The notes under the pieces are model-generated. The model did not search any database, was not told the origin of the DNA, and worked only from the letters and a program-made list of their open reading frames with translations. Source: Eledone cirrhosa (lineage: Eukaryota). From it: a stretch of DNA of 64,000 nucleotides. Every line of letters starts with the position of its first letter. The stretch's first letter is position 1. Both the position numbers and the translations under genes were made by a program. Positions 13,494 to 29,054 of this stretch are shown here, in pieces. The stretch spans positions 279,992,001 through 280,056,000 of the forward strand of contig OZ024742.1 in assembly GCA_964016885.1 (NCBI GenBank), read 5' to 3'.

Positions 13494-14811
13494 GTTATAT
13501 CCATTCATGTACATATTTTCATGTATTACCAATGCAAATGAAAGCGATGTAGCGAACAACATCAACAACACCAAAATGCATAAATATCCTCGCCATTGTT
13601 ATTTCTACCGTTACTATAGACATCAACGTCAGCGATCTCAATGTGTTGTTCAGTTGGATGTTGCAGGGAGTGGTATAGAGGAGGGCATGGCAGGAGAAAG
13701 CGGAGAGAAAACTGGTTAAAAGCTATTAATATAACGTTATATCCATTATACTAAACTCCACTGTACAAAACTTTTCCAAAGTGAGAGTAGTAGCCAAAGT
13801 CTATGTATCACATACACAACACAGCAGATGACTAACCGGAAGTTCAGTAGTAAATTAGGCTGCCATTTGATCATTTCAGGTTTCGCTTTATTATTGTATT
13901 GTTTATTTCGTTACATAAACGCTGGCTTTGTTAGTGAAAGTTGATTGTAAAGATGAACGGCTTCCATTTTGTCTTTGCAAATCCTCGCTCTTATTATCCG
14001 ACATAAAGCATTCCCCATAATTATATATAGCATTGCAGAATATCTTGTCAATTAGGATTTATTGTATCAGAGAGAGAGGCTATTAAACTGCCTCCTACTA
14101 ATATCGATAGATACTAATTAAAAGTTGTGTGGCGAAGTAGCCAGCTGATGGTGTATGTGTGTGCTTAAGAGATGACATTGTTGTTGTTTCAATATGAATA
14201 TATGTAACGTGGTTAAATGTATATGCAGATTTATGCACTCTCCATTTATACAGACAATGCACACAAATATACACAGAGAGTGTGTAGAAGAAATCAATAA
14301 AATAGACGTATATATGTAAGTATATATATATGTGTGTGTGTGTGCGTGTGCGTGTGTATATGTGTATGTACAAATATATATATATATATATATATATATG
14401 CATATAAAATATATATATATTCATACACACACACGCGCACACATATATATATTTGTGGCTGTGCGTGCGTATACATATATATATAGATGCATATACATAT
14501 AATCTTACTTGTAAATTGTAATGTATACGTATCACTATGTGCGTGACCATATATATATGTGTATGTGCATGTGTATGTGTGCGGGTGTATGCGTATGTGT
14601 GTCTGTATGTGTGTGTTTGTGTGTGTAGGTGTGTATGTCATTTTACGTGCATAGAGGAGTTGAAGAATATATAAGCGTTTCTATGCAAATAAGTGCATAA
14701 TTGCACAGCAATTTGATAATATGATTATAACGAGAGTATACATATGATACCTCCAATTCATATATATATTCATATATATATATATATAAATATATATATA
14801 CATATATATAA

Positions 14812-14852
<41 letters not shown>

Positions 14853-15587
14853 AACGTAGGCAGATACATGCACACATACATACGTGCATACATACAAAAA
14901 TACAGACATGCATACATACATACACACATCAATACGTACATTCATGCACTCACAAATACATACATATACCTACACACTTGATGGGTGCATCTTGATTTCT
15001 TGAATTACTATTACTTGATCCTTTTCTCACACATGGGTGTCACGAGCACGACATTTTAAACCTGCCATGGACTTGTAATTGTTTTTTCATATGCCGCAGC
15101 TATATACGTTATTCCCAGTTTGTTGCGTGTTTTGCTTTAGTTTTAACTGACGTCGCAGTCCAACACTAGATTAATGTATCCTTCTTTGAGTTTATCGTTT
15201 TCAAGTATTTTGTCTTTTTCAGCTATGAACAGCCATGCTCATGAAACACATGTCTAAGATACTTAGATCAGGTGATACTTAAAGATTTTTTCAAAGAGAA
15301 GAAAGGCCTTGCACAGGACCAGTCCCACCCTCTAAACAACGGCGATGAATATTTTCTTGTCTTATAATAATATGGTAAAAAGGACCAGGTGCCTGGTACT
15401 GCCTGTGGGCGAATCACGCGGTTCGGAAACTAAATCGAGTGTTTCCATGTTACTGCACGCATATAAATATATATAAGCTGAGGTACATACTTTCGCCCGG
15501 GTAAACAGATGATAAGAGAAGACAGGTAGAAGAGAAAACGACTGTATTGGATGCGCTGTCTGGATTACAGTAAGAAGCGAGACCGTG

Positions 15588-16433
<846 letters not shown>

Positions 16434-16656
16434 ATTGGAATAAATGCTCTGAAATAGCGATATATATGTGAATATAGACATAGAATATTCGAAAATATTC
16501 TGTATGTTTATAATAAACGTTTTGAAGACCTAATCGCTATAGAATAGAATACGTCACGTATTACAATTAGATTCTCGATAAAAGCAAGGGAAGTAAGTCT
16601 ACGCGTTTCATTCTTGTTAGAATTCATCAGGACTACATATCCAGTGCTTTCATCGA
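16434..16656 (-). repeat. Inverted partial copy of the 311-bp unit, including a hammerhead on the minus strand (16571-16656)
   Basis: Reverse complement of the unit segment tcgatgaaagc...atttattccaa, with one visible mismatch. Confidence 0.93.
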
Positions 16657-19600
16657 CAACCGCTCTTTCAAACCAGTTCCTGTACACAGCTAAGTATTCT
16701 ATAAGTCTCTAGCTGTGTCATTCTCGATGAAAGCACTGGATATGTAGTCCTGATGAATTCTAACAAGAATGAAACGCGTAGACTTACTTCCCTTGCTTTT
16801 ATCGAGAATCTAATTGTAATACGTGACGTATTCTATTCTATAGCGATTAGGTCTTCAAAATGTTTATTATAAACATACAGAATATTTTCGAATATTCTAT
16901 GTCTATATTCACATATATATCGCTATTTCAGAGCATTTATTCCAATTTCTAATTTCTGCCGGACCGGCAACCGCTCTTTCAAACCAGTTCCTGTACACAG
17001 CTAAGTATTCTATAAGTCTCTAGCTGTGTCATTCTCGATGAAAGCACTGGATATGTAGTCCTGATGAATTCTAACAAGAATGAAACGCGTAGACTTACTT
17101 CCCTTGCTTTTATCGAGAATCTAATTGTAATACGTGACGTATTCTATTCTATAGCGATTAGGTCTTCAAAATGTTTATTATAAACATACAGAATATTTTC
17201 GAATATTCTATGTCTATATTCACATATATATCGCTATTTCAGATCATTTATTCCAATTTCTAATTTCTGCCGGACCGGCAACCGCTCTTTCAAACCAGTT
17301 CCTGTACACAGCTAAGTATTCTATAAGTCTCTAGCTGTGTCATTCTCGATGAAAGCACTGGATATGTAGTCCTGATGAATTCTAACAAGAATGAAACGCG
17401 TAGACTTACTTCCCTTGCTTTTATCGAGAATCTAATTGTAATACGTGACGTATTCTATTCTATAGCGATTAGGTCTTCAAAATGTTTATTATAAACATAC
17501 AGAATATTTTCGAATATTCTATGTCTATATTCACATATATATCGCTATTTCAGAGCATTTATTCCAATTTCTAATTTCTGCCGGACCGGCAACCGCTCTT
17601 TCAAACCAGTTCCTGTACACAGCTAAGTATTCTATAAGTCTCTAGCTGTGTCATTCTCGATGAAAGCACTGGATATGTAGTCCTGATGAATTCTAACAAG
17701 AATGAAACGCGTAGACTTACTTCCCTTGCTTTTATCGAGAATCTAATTGTAATACGTGACGTATTCTATTCTATAGCGATTAGGTCTTCAAAATGTTTAT
17801 TATAAACATACAGAATATTTTCGAATATTCTATGTCTATATTCACATATATATCGCTATTTCAGAGCATTTATTCCAATTTCTAATTTCTGCCGGACCGG
17901 CAACCGCTCTTTCAAACCAGTTCCTGTACACAGCTAAGTATTCTATAAGTCTCTAGCTGTGTCATTCTCGATGAAAGCACTGGATATGTAGTCCTGATGA
18001 ATTCTAACAAGAATGAAACGCGTAGACTTACTTCCCTTGCTTTTATCGAGAATCTAATTGTAATACGTGACGTATTCTATTCTATAGCGATTAGGTCTTC
18101 AAAATGTTTATTATAAACATACAGAATATTTTCGAATATTCTATGTCTATATTCACATATATATCGCTATTTCAGAGCATTTATTCCAATTTCTAATTTC
18201 TGCCGGACCGGCAACCGCTCTTTCAAACCAGTTCCTGTACACAGCTAAGTATTCTATAAGTCTCTAGCTGTGTCATTCTCGATGAAAGCACTGGATATGT
18301 AGTCCTGATGAATTCTAACAAGAATGAAACGCGTAGACTTACTTCCCTTGCTTTTATCGAGAATCTAATTGTAATACGTGACGTATTCTATTCTATAGCG
18401 ATTAGGTCTTCAAAATGTTTATTATAAACATACAGAATATTTTCGAATATTCTATGTCTATATTCACATATATATCGCTATTTCAGAGCATTTATTCCAA
18501 TTTCTAATTTCTGCCGGACCGGCAACCGCTCTTTCAAACCAGTTCCTGTACACAGCTAAGTATTCTATAAGTCTCTAGCTGTGTCATTCTCGATGAAAGC
18601 ACTGGATATGTAGTCCTGATGAATTCTAACAAGAATGAAACGCGTAGACTTACTTCCCTTGCTTTTATCGAGAATCTAATTGTAATACGTGACGTATTCT
18701 ATTCTATAGCGATTAGGTCTTCAAAATGTTTATTATAAACATACAGAATATTTTCGAATATTCTATGTCTATATTCACATATATATCGCTATTTCAGAGC
18801 ATTTATTCCAATTTCTAATTTCTGCCGGACCGGCAACCGCTCTTTCAAACCAGTTCCTGTACACAGCTAAGTATTCTATAAGTCTCTAGCTGTGTCATTC
18901 TCGATGAAAGCACTGGATATGTAGTCCTGATGAATTCTAACAAGAATGAAACGCGTAGACTTACTTCCCTTGCTTTTATCGAGAATCTAATTGTAATACG
19001 TGACGTATTCTATTCTATAGCGATTAGGTCTTCAAAATGTTTATTATAAACATACAGAATATTTTCGAATATTCTATGTCTATATTCACATATATATCGC
19101 TATTTCAGAGCATTTATTCCAATTTCTAATTTCTGCCGGACCGGCAACCGCTCTTTCAAACCAGTTCCTGTACACAGCTAAGTATTCTATAAGTCTCTAG
19201 CTGTGTCATTCTCGATGAAAGCACTGGATATGTAGTCCTGATGAATTCTAACAAGAATGAAACGCGTAGACTTACTTCCCTTGCTTTTATCGAGAATCTA
19301 ATTGTAATACGTGACGTATTCTATTCTATAGCGATTAGGTCTTCAAAATGTTTATTATAAACATACAGAATATTTTCGAATATTCTATGTCTATATTCAC
19401 ATATATATCGCTATTTCAGAGCATTTATTCCAATTTCTAATTTCTGCCGGACCGGCAACCGCTCTTTCAAACCAGTTCCTGTACACAGCTAAGTATTCTA
19501 TAAGTCTCTAGCTGTGTCATTCTCGATGAAAGCACTGGATATGTAGTCCTGATGAATTCTAACAAGAATGAAACGCGTAGACTTACTTCCCTTGCTTTTA

Positions 19601-20643
19601 TCGAGAATCTAATTGTAATACGTGACGTATTCTATTCTATAGCGATTAGGTCTTCAAAATGTTTATTATAAACATACAGAATATTTTCGAATATTCTATG
19701 TCTATATTCACATATATATCGCTATTTCAGAGCATTTATTCCAATTTCTAATTTCTGCCGGACCGGCAACCGCTCTTTCAAACCAGTTCCTGTACACAGC
19801 TAAGTATTCTATAAGTCTCTAGCTGTGTCATTCTCGATGAAAGCACTGGATATGTAGTCCTGATGAATTCTAACAAGAATGAAACGCGTAGACTTACTTC
19901 CCTTGCTTTTATCGAGAATCTAATTGTAATACGTGACGTATTCTATTCTATAGCGATTAGGTCTTCAAAATGTTTATTATAAACATACAGAATATTTTCG
20001 AATATTCTATGTCTATATTCACATATATATCGCTATTTCAGAGCATTTATTCCAATTTCTAATTTCTGCCGGACCGGCAACCGCTCTTTCAAACCAGTTC
20101 CTGTACACAGCTAAGTATTCTATAAGTCTCTAGCTGTGTCATTCTCGATGAAAGCACTGGATATGTAGTCCTGATGAATTCTAACAAGAATGAAACGCGT
20201 AGACTTACTTCCCTTGCTTTTATCGAGAATCTAATTGTAATACGTGACGTATTCTATTCTATAGCGATTAGGTCTTCAAAATGTTTATTATAAACATACA
20301 GAATATTTTCGAATATTCTATGTCTATATTCACATATATATCGCTATTTCAGAGCATTTATTCCAATTTCTAATTTCTGCCGGACCGGCAACCGCTCTTT
20401 CAAACCAGTTCCTGTACACAGCTAAGTATTCTATAAGTCTCTAGCTGTGTCATTCTCGATGAAAGCACTGGATATGTAGTCCTGATGAATTCTAACAAGA
20501 ATGAAACGCGTAGACTTACTTCCCTTGCTTTTATCGAGAATCTAATTGTAATACGTGACGTATTCTATTCTATAGCGATTAGGTCTTCAAAATGTTTATT
20601 ATAAACATACAGAATATTTTCGAATATTCTATGTCTATATTCA
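16657..20643 (+). repeat. Tandem array of 311-bp units (~12.8 copies), retrozyme-like
   Basis: caaccgctctttc recurs at 16657, 16968, 17279 ... 20389 (period 311). Copies are essentially identical (one visible G>T at 17244). No ORF. Confidence 0.96.
16720..16809 (+). ncRNA. Type I hammerhead ribozyme (first of 13 tandem copies, +311 each)
   Basis: agtc-CTGATGA-attct(aaca)agaat-GAAA-cgcg-TA-gact: canonical core, stem II attct/agaat, palindromic stem III ACGCGT, GUA cleavage after 16780. Stem I is extended by attctcgatgaaagca/tgcttttatcgagaat. Confidence 0.92.
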
Positions 20644-20657
20644 TATATATATATATT

Positions 20658-20706
<49 letters not shown>

Positions 20707-20715
20707 ATCTATATT

Positions 20716-20858
<143 letters not shown>

Positions 20859-20874
20859 ATATTTATATGTATAT

Positions 20875-20991
20875 AAGTTGAAAAAAAAAATGAAAACGAA
20901 ATTTCATTTCTCACTCTTAGTATGGCACTTACTTAAATGTAAGTATGTATGTATACGTACATACACATATGTATACAGACGTACAGTAACA

Positions 20992-21052
<61 letters not shown>

Positions 21053-21493
21053 GCATACAGATACACATACATATATGCACGCATCAGTTTAGCCGACGTT
21101 TATTATAACGCAGCTTTGTTCGCTTGTTTGTCAACAAATCGACAGCCTGAATTTATGCCATACGGTGTTAAGGCAACCACGTCACCTTTTTATTCAACAC
21201 TGACACAGGAACGATGTACTAGTTTCAAGCTTGTTAGCTATCATCAGCACCGTTTACCCATCTGCCAGATAGTTGAACGTTCGAAAGTATATACTTTCCT
21301 TATGAAAATTAACGGCTGAGCAGCCTAATTTGCATATTGAGTGAGTTAAATCGGTCAGGCATAACGAAAACGACAAGTTGAAAAAAAAGAACTGAAAACG
21401 AAATTTCATTTCTCACTCTTAGTATGGCACTTACTTAAATGTAAGTATGTATGTATACGTACATACATATATGTATACAGACGTACAGTAGCA

Positions 21494-21538
<45 letters not shown>

Positions 21539-21978
21539 GCATACAGGTACACATACATATATGCACGCGTCAGTTTAGCCGACGTTTATTATAACGCAGC
21601 TTTGTTCGCTTGTTTGTCAACAAATCGAACAACCTGAATTTATGCCATACGGTGTTAAGGCAACCACGTCACCTTTTTGTTCAACACTGACACAGGAACG
21701 ATGTACTAGTTTCAAGCTTGTTAGCTATCATCAGCACCGTTTACCCATCTGCCAGATAGTTGAACGTTCGAAAGTATATACTTTCCTTATGAAAATTAAC
21801 GGCTGAGCAGCCTAATTTGCATATTGAGTGAGTTAAATCGGTCAGGCATACCGAAAACGACAAGTTGAAAAAAAAAATGAAAACGAAATTTCATTTCTCA
21901 CTCTTAGTATGGCACTTACTTAAATGTAAGTATGTATGTATACGTACATACATATATGTATACAGACGTACAGTAGCA

Positions 21979-22029
<51 letters not shown>

Positions 22030-22184
22030 GCATACAGGTACACATACATATATGCACGCATCAGTTTAGCCGACGTTTATTATAACGCAGCTTTGTTCGC
22101 TTGTTTGTCAACAAATCGAACAGCCTGAATTCATGCCATACGGTGTTAAGGCAACCACGTCACCTTTTTCTTCAACACTGACAC
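20875..22184 (-). repeat. Tandem array of ~487-500-bp units (~2.7 copies) carrying minus-strand hammerheads
   Basis: Units start at 20875, 21375 and 21862; length differences come from an internal (TA)n. Confidence 0.92.
21210..21254 (-). ncRNA. Type I hammerhead ribozyme (second copy at 21697-21741)
   Basis: Reverse complement reads aacggtg-CTGATGA-tagct(aaca)agctt-GAAA-ctag-TA-catcgtt. Confidence 0.85.
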
Positions 22185-22680
22185 ATGTATGTACGTATAC
22201 ATACATACTTACATTTAAGTAAGTGCCATACTAAGAGTGAGAAATGAAATTTCGTTTTCATTTTTTTTTTTCAACTTGTCGTTTTCGGTATGCCTGACCG
22301 ATTTAACTCACTCAATATGCAAATTAGGCTGCTCAGCCGTTAATTTTCATAAGGAAAGTATATACTTTCGAACGTTCAACTATCTGGCAGATGGGTAAAC
22401 GGTGCTGATGATAGCTAACAAGCTTGAAACTAGTACATCGTTCCTGTGTCAGTGTTGAACAAAAAGTTGACTTGGTTGCCTTAACACCGTATGGCATAAA
22501 TTCAGGCTGTTCAGTTTGTTGACAAACAAGCGAACATAAGCTGCGTTATAATAAACGTCGGCTAAACTGATGCGTGCATATATGTATGTGTACCTGTATG
22601 CATATGTGTATATATATATATGCATGCTACTGTACGTCTGTATACATATATGTATGTACGTATCCATACATACTTACATT
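22185..22680 (+). repeat. Inverted, circularly permuted copy of the ~487-bp unit
   Basis: Reverse complement of the preceding array, spanning a unit junction. Confidence 0.9.
22398..22442 (+). ncRNA. Type I hammerhead ribozyme in the inverted copy
   Basis: aacggtg-CTGATGA-tagct(aaca)agctt-GAAA-ctag-TA-catcgtt; 7-bp stem I with one G-U, palindromic stem III ACTAGT. Confidence 0.85.
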
Positions 22681-22699
22681 ATATATATATTTATATATA

Positions 22700-22780
<81 letters not shown>

Positions 22781-22799
22781 ATATATATGAAAATATTCA

Positions 22800-22915
22800 G
22801 GATCCCAATGGCTGAGCTCCGGCCGTTTCGACAGCTTTTCATATAACCCACTCTACTATCCCAAGTATCGAGTACTCAGGTGCGTTACGGTCCACCTGGT
22901 ATCTTACCACACCCT
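22800..22915. mobile_element. Rearranged pLTR-tail fragment of the PLE-1/PLE-2 family
   Basis: ggctgagctccggccgtttcgacagc followed by cccactctactatcccaagtatcgagtactcaggtgcgttacggtccacctgg, the opposite orientations of the pLTR end. A similar stub lies at 40384-40450. Confidence 0.7.
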
Positions 22916-22920
22916 CTCTG

Positions 22921-22972
<52 letters not shown>

Positions 22973-23019
22973 ATGCGCGATCGCGCGTGCGTGTATGCGT
23001 GTCTGTGTGAGAGACATAA

Positions 23020-23420
23020 CGAAACAGTCAAAAATCTTCCAGATGCACTTGATTCGCTTTTTTTACCGTCTGTGCATAGCATATGAAGATTTGGATGTAT
23101 ACACACTCGTGAACAACCTCCATATAACTGGCCATGGGTAAAAACTGATTCACTCCTATTCAATCCTGTAACTTTGACACTCTGGCCCTGAGCTTTATTT
23201 ATCGGCATACCAAAACTGGCTCTACTACGGAACTGAAGTTTTGAGAATTTGAATGGCAGCTAAGTAGAGGATAAGATGAAAGTAATCTTTGGAATAAATG
23301 CAGTTTCTCCTTGATGATTGCCTCGAAGGATATTGACGTCTTGGAGATGGTGCTGGATCCGCCTGACTGTTAATCGTGTGTCATCGTATATAAGTAGCGG
23401 GTCTAGGTTTCTCAAAATCG
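23020..23420 (-). pseudogene. Helitron PIF1-like helicase C-terminal remnant
   Basis: ILRNLDPLL..DTRL and PINKAQGQSVKVTGLNRSESVFTHGQLYGGCSRV match Helitron helicase motifs LRNL.P..LCNGTRL and TINKSQGQ....G..L...VFSHGQLYVA.SRV. Confidence 0.85.
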
Positions 23421-23966
23421 TATATATATATATATATATATATAATTAGAAGACTGCAAACATAGAAGTTTAAGATGGTAATATGGATGGAACAAAAGAA
23501 GGACCCCTTCGTCAGCTGTTAACTGCAGATCATAGATGTATCGGCGCTTAAAACAGGACAACGAAAACGATCAGCAGCGCGCCCAAGGCCTTTTATCGAT
23601 CAAAAGACAATGAAGGGACAGAAAAGAAAAAAAATAGTGAGGAGAGAGGAAGAAGGAGGAAAAAACGAAGTAAACAAACCGAATGAAAGGGGACGTGGAC
23701 AATGGAACATGTAAGTGAGTAACCGAGGAAAGAATAGAATAAATTACAACGAACCGATTAGAGCTAAGTTGTGTGGTGTAATAAATACGAGCGATGTAGT
23801 TCGTGCGATCTCAACAGACAGAGGGTAGAGAGAGAGAGAGAGAATGAGAGAGAGAGAAAAATGGTGAGAGAGAAGGAGAGAGTCGATATGAAAGCGTGGT
23901 GGCACCACAAATCGAACAAAACAGGTAGAGGTGTCACAGCGGTAAATACACAATTACAAGAAACGA

Positions 23967-23998
<32 letters not shown>

Positions 23999-24014
23999 GG
24001 CCGGAAGATAGGTA

Positions 24015-24059
24015 AATATTGCTGATGAGATGTAACAACATCGAAACTAGTCCAATATT
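24015..24059 (+). ncRNA. Canonical type I hammerhead ribozyme in a solo element (23993-24352) related to the ~487-bp family
   Basis: aatattg-CTGATGA-gatgt(aaca)acatc-GAAA-ctag-TC-caatatt: perfect stems I and II, GUC triplet, flanked by (TA)n. Confidence 0.92.
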
Positions 24060-24514
24060 CCTTGTCTGGCTTTCTGGAGAATAGAGGAAAGGTGTTTCCT
24101 CAAAAACCAGTATGACTCTAAAAACCGGTTTGTCTGTGTGTTTACATACAGAATAGCTGGACACTCACAGTAAAGTGACCAATGAAAAACTCGGTACATC
24201 TACATATGTGCACGTGTGTGTATTCATATGCATACTAGTATTTCAGTATACATATGTGGATGTACATTTTTAACTTAATTGTTTAAGCGTCAGTCATACA
24301 AAAGTGAGTTACAAACGAAACGAAATTTAATTTCGTTTCGTTATTTGTTTTTATATATATATATATATATATATATACAATATATATATATATACAATAT
24401 AGATATACCCATGAAAATCATACCTTAACGGTTGGAAATTCACTGGATAGCGAATTTCCAACCGATAAGGTATGATTGTCATGGGTACGTCTCCATTTCT
24501 AAAACAAACTTTTG

Positions 24515-24579
24515 TATTTCATCTGATGAAAGCGTACCAATGTTGTCTTGGTTGACCTTGAAATATATATAATAAAATA
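24515..24579 (+). ncRNA. Probable type I hammerhead
   Basis: tatttcat-CTGATGA-aag..accaa/ttggt..ctt-GAAA-tatata-TA-ataaaata; imperfect stems. Confidence 0.55.
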
Positions 24580-24713
24580 AATATGGTTTTATAAATATAG
24601 TTTCCATTTATTTAATATCATTGAATATTTACTCCAGTAAGGTGTAGAGTGCTCTAAATCAGTTATAAACATTTATATTTCTCGGAATTCCAACAAATTA
24701 AATACAACTTCTA

Positions 24714-25930
<1,217 letters not shown>

Positions 25931-25941
25931 TTTCACATTTA

Positions 25942-26665
<724 letters not shown>

Positions 26666-26666
26666 T

Positions 26667-26740
<74 letters not shown>

Positions 26741-26866
26741 ATAATAATAAATTTGAAGACTAAAATCCAAAGAGGTTTCGATAGGGATATATATATATCA
26801 AATATATATTTATTTCACCCGTTATGGGTGAAAGTAGCGATTCTCTGCTTAAACCTTAATCTGTTA

Positions 26867-26961
<95 letters not shown>

Positions 26962-26979
26962 GTATGTATATATATATAT

Positions 26980-27089
<110 letters not shown>

Positions 27090-27127
27090 AGAGAGAAATT
27101 AATAGGTAGATAGATAGATAGATAGAT

Positions 27128-27174
<47 letters not shown>

Positions 27175-27711
27175 TAGATATAAATATATATTTTTATATA
27201 TGTGTGTGTGTTTAAAAAAAAACGTTCGAATTTATGGAATGCTGACAACGAACTTGTTGAGAGAATGCCATACGGTTGATTCACAAATTGATCATAAGAC
27301 GTGTAATTCGCCGAAAGGCATAACTCGTACTGTCTCTACCATTGTTGTTGTGTCCCAAAGTGTAGTGGAATGAATAGTGTCAGCATCGAGAATCTGAAAC
27401 TATTGAGATATCCAGAAGTTAGCTTAGGAGAAGGGAATATCCATTTTCACCGTTGTCTTTACAAACACATATACAGAGTGAAACAGAGAGATAAACAGGC
27501 ATGGGGAGAGACAAGACCCACTTCCACTGCTTTGTCGAAAGAAAACTGCCATAGCTCAGGTTATAAGCGTTGTATCATTTGCTTGCTTCTCACGTTCTGA
27601 ACAACGCCAAAAAGGATTTTTGGTCTTGAGATCATGTGAACGATCTTAGTCGATTGGATTTTTTTTCCAATTAATATAACAATGATAACAGTAATTATGA
27701 TCTTGATTTTA

Positions 27712-27719
27712 GTAGTAGC

Positions 27720-27777
<58 letters not shown>

Positions 27778-27787
27778 ATATTATTAT

Positions 27788-27823
<36 letters not shown>

Positions 27824-27830
27824 GAGTAGT
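27712..27830. repeat. (GTA)n microsatellite
   Basis: Directly visible; explains the poly-V/poly-T ORFs. Confidence 0.95.
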
Positions 27831-29054
27831 AGATGTTATGGTTGTGGACATGCTGGTGGTGGTGGGGTTGTAGTTCTAGTAATTCTATAAAGAACCGCCG
27901 TGGATATCTTATTTTCTCTTATCTCATATGCTTCTGGTGTGTTGAACCTGCATATAAATTCGATTATGGGTCGTAGACTTCTTGATATTTGGTTATTTAA
28001 AGCTTGAATAACAGATTTCTACTCTCTTCAGCAACTGTTATTAACTTTGTTTTAGAGCCGGCTGGTGGTTTTAGGAAGATATTTACGACACTCATCACTG
28101 AATTTATGGTGAAGCATGGTTTCCTCCAGCTAATATCTTCTTTGTAATTGTTGGATGCTTACTGTGTTTCAGTAGCTTCGATTAGGAATTTCAATTATTC
28201 GTTGAAATATTAATTTTTGCGCTTCCTATGTTGGTGGCGTGTGGTACAATGTTGCTTTGTCGAAGAATTACGTTGCTTATATTGTTAATGAGCATCTTTA
28301 CTACTGAGATGTCTAAATCAAAACTAAATAATAAAATATATAGCCATTTTAATGAGTTATTTTAGGAGATTACTCTCGTGTATTGCATACAAATGGAACA
28401 GCATTTATTCTTGCTCAATGAGGTGATTTCACGTTACAGACATCAGAATAAATTATATTTTAAAGACTTGTATAAATTGCAGTAGAGATATTAGAGGAGA
28501 CATGGCAATGCAAATGACAGCAAAACAACGAGCACAAAAATCTAAACAATTCAAATTAGGAAAAATGTTTACAAGTTAGTGATAATCATGGAGAAATCCA
28601 TAACTACAAAATAATTAAGTTAACGGCATCAGACAGCGCACCCAGAAAGTTCGTAATGCAGATATCAACAGAATAACACTTAATGAAACCGAATATAATA
28701 AGGAAATCAAAGATATAGCCAATGAAAAGCAACAACGTGACCATAATCAAACAGATACTGCCATGCAACACGAATTAACCTATGGCAATAAATGACATTC
28801 TTCAGAAATAGGATATGCTAACCAAACCGACATATACAGATAAAACATCCACAAATATGCCAATGGAAATCAATCCCACGATAAGAAAAAAGACACAATG
28901 CTAACAAATGTTTTATTTTTCTTTCTAACTTTTTATAGAAACACGCCAATGAAACCAATAACCACACATAGACAAATGAAAGTTCTTAAAATGCTTAAAA
29001 TCATTCGTCATAATATTGCAGTATTCTGAAACGTGGGACACGAGCAAAACATTT

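Noticed and set aside
16657-20643. CRISPR array or ordinary centromeric satellite
   Set aside because: There are no unique spacers, no cas genes and the context is eukaryotic. The units are full-length identical repeats containing a ribozyme motif and an inverted head.
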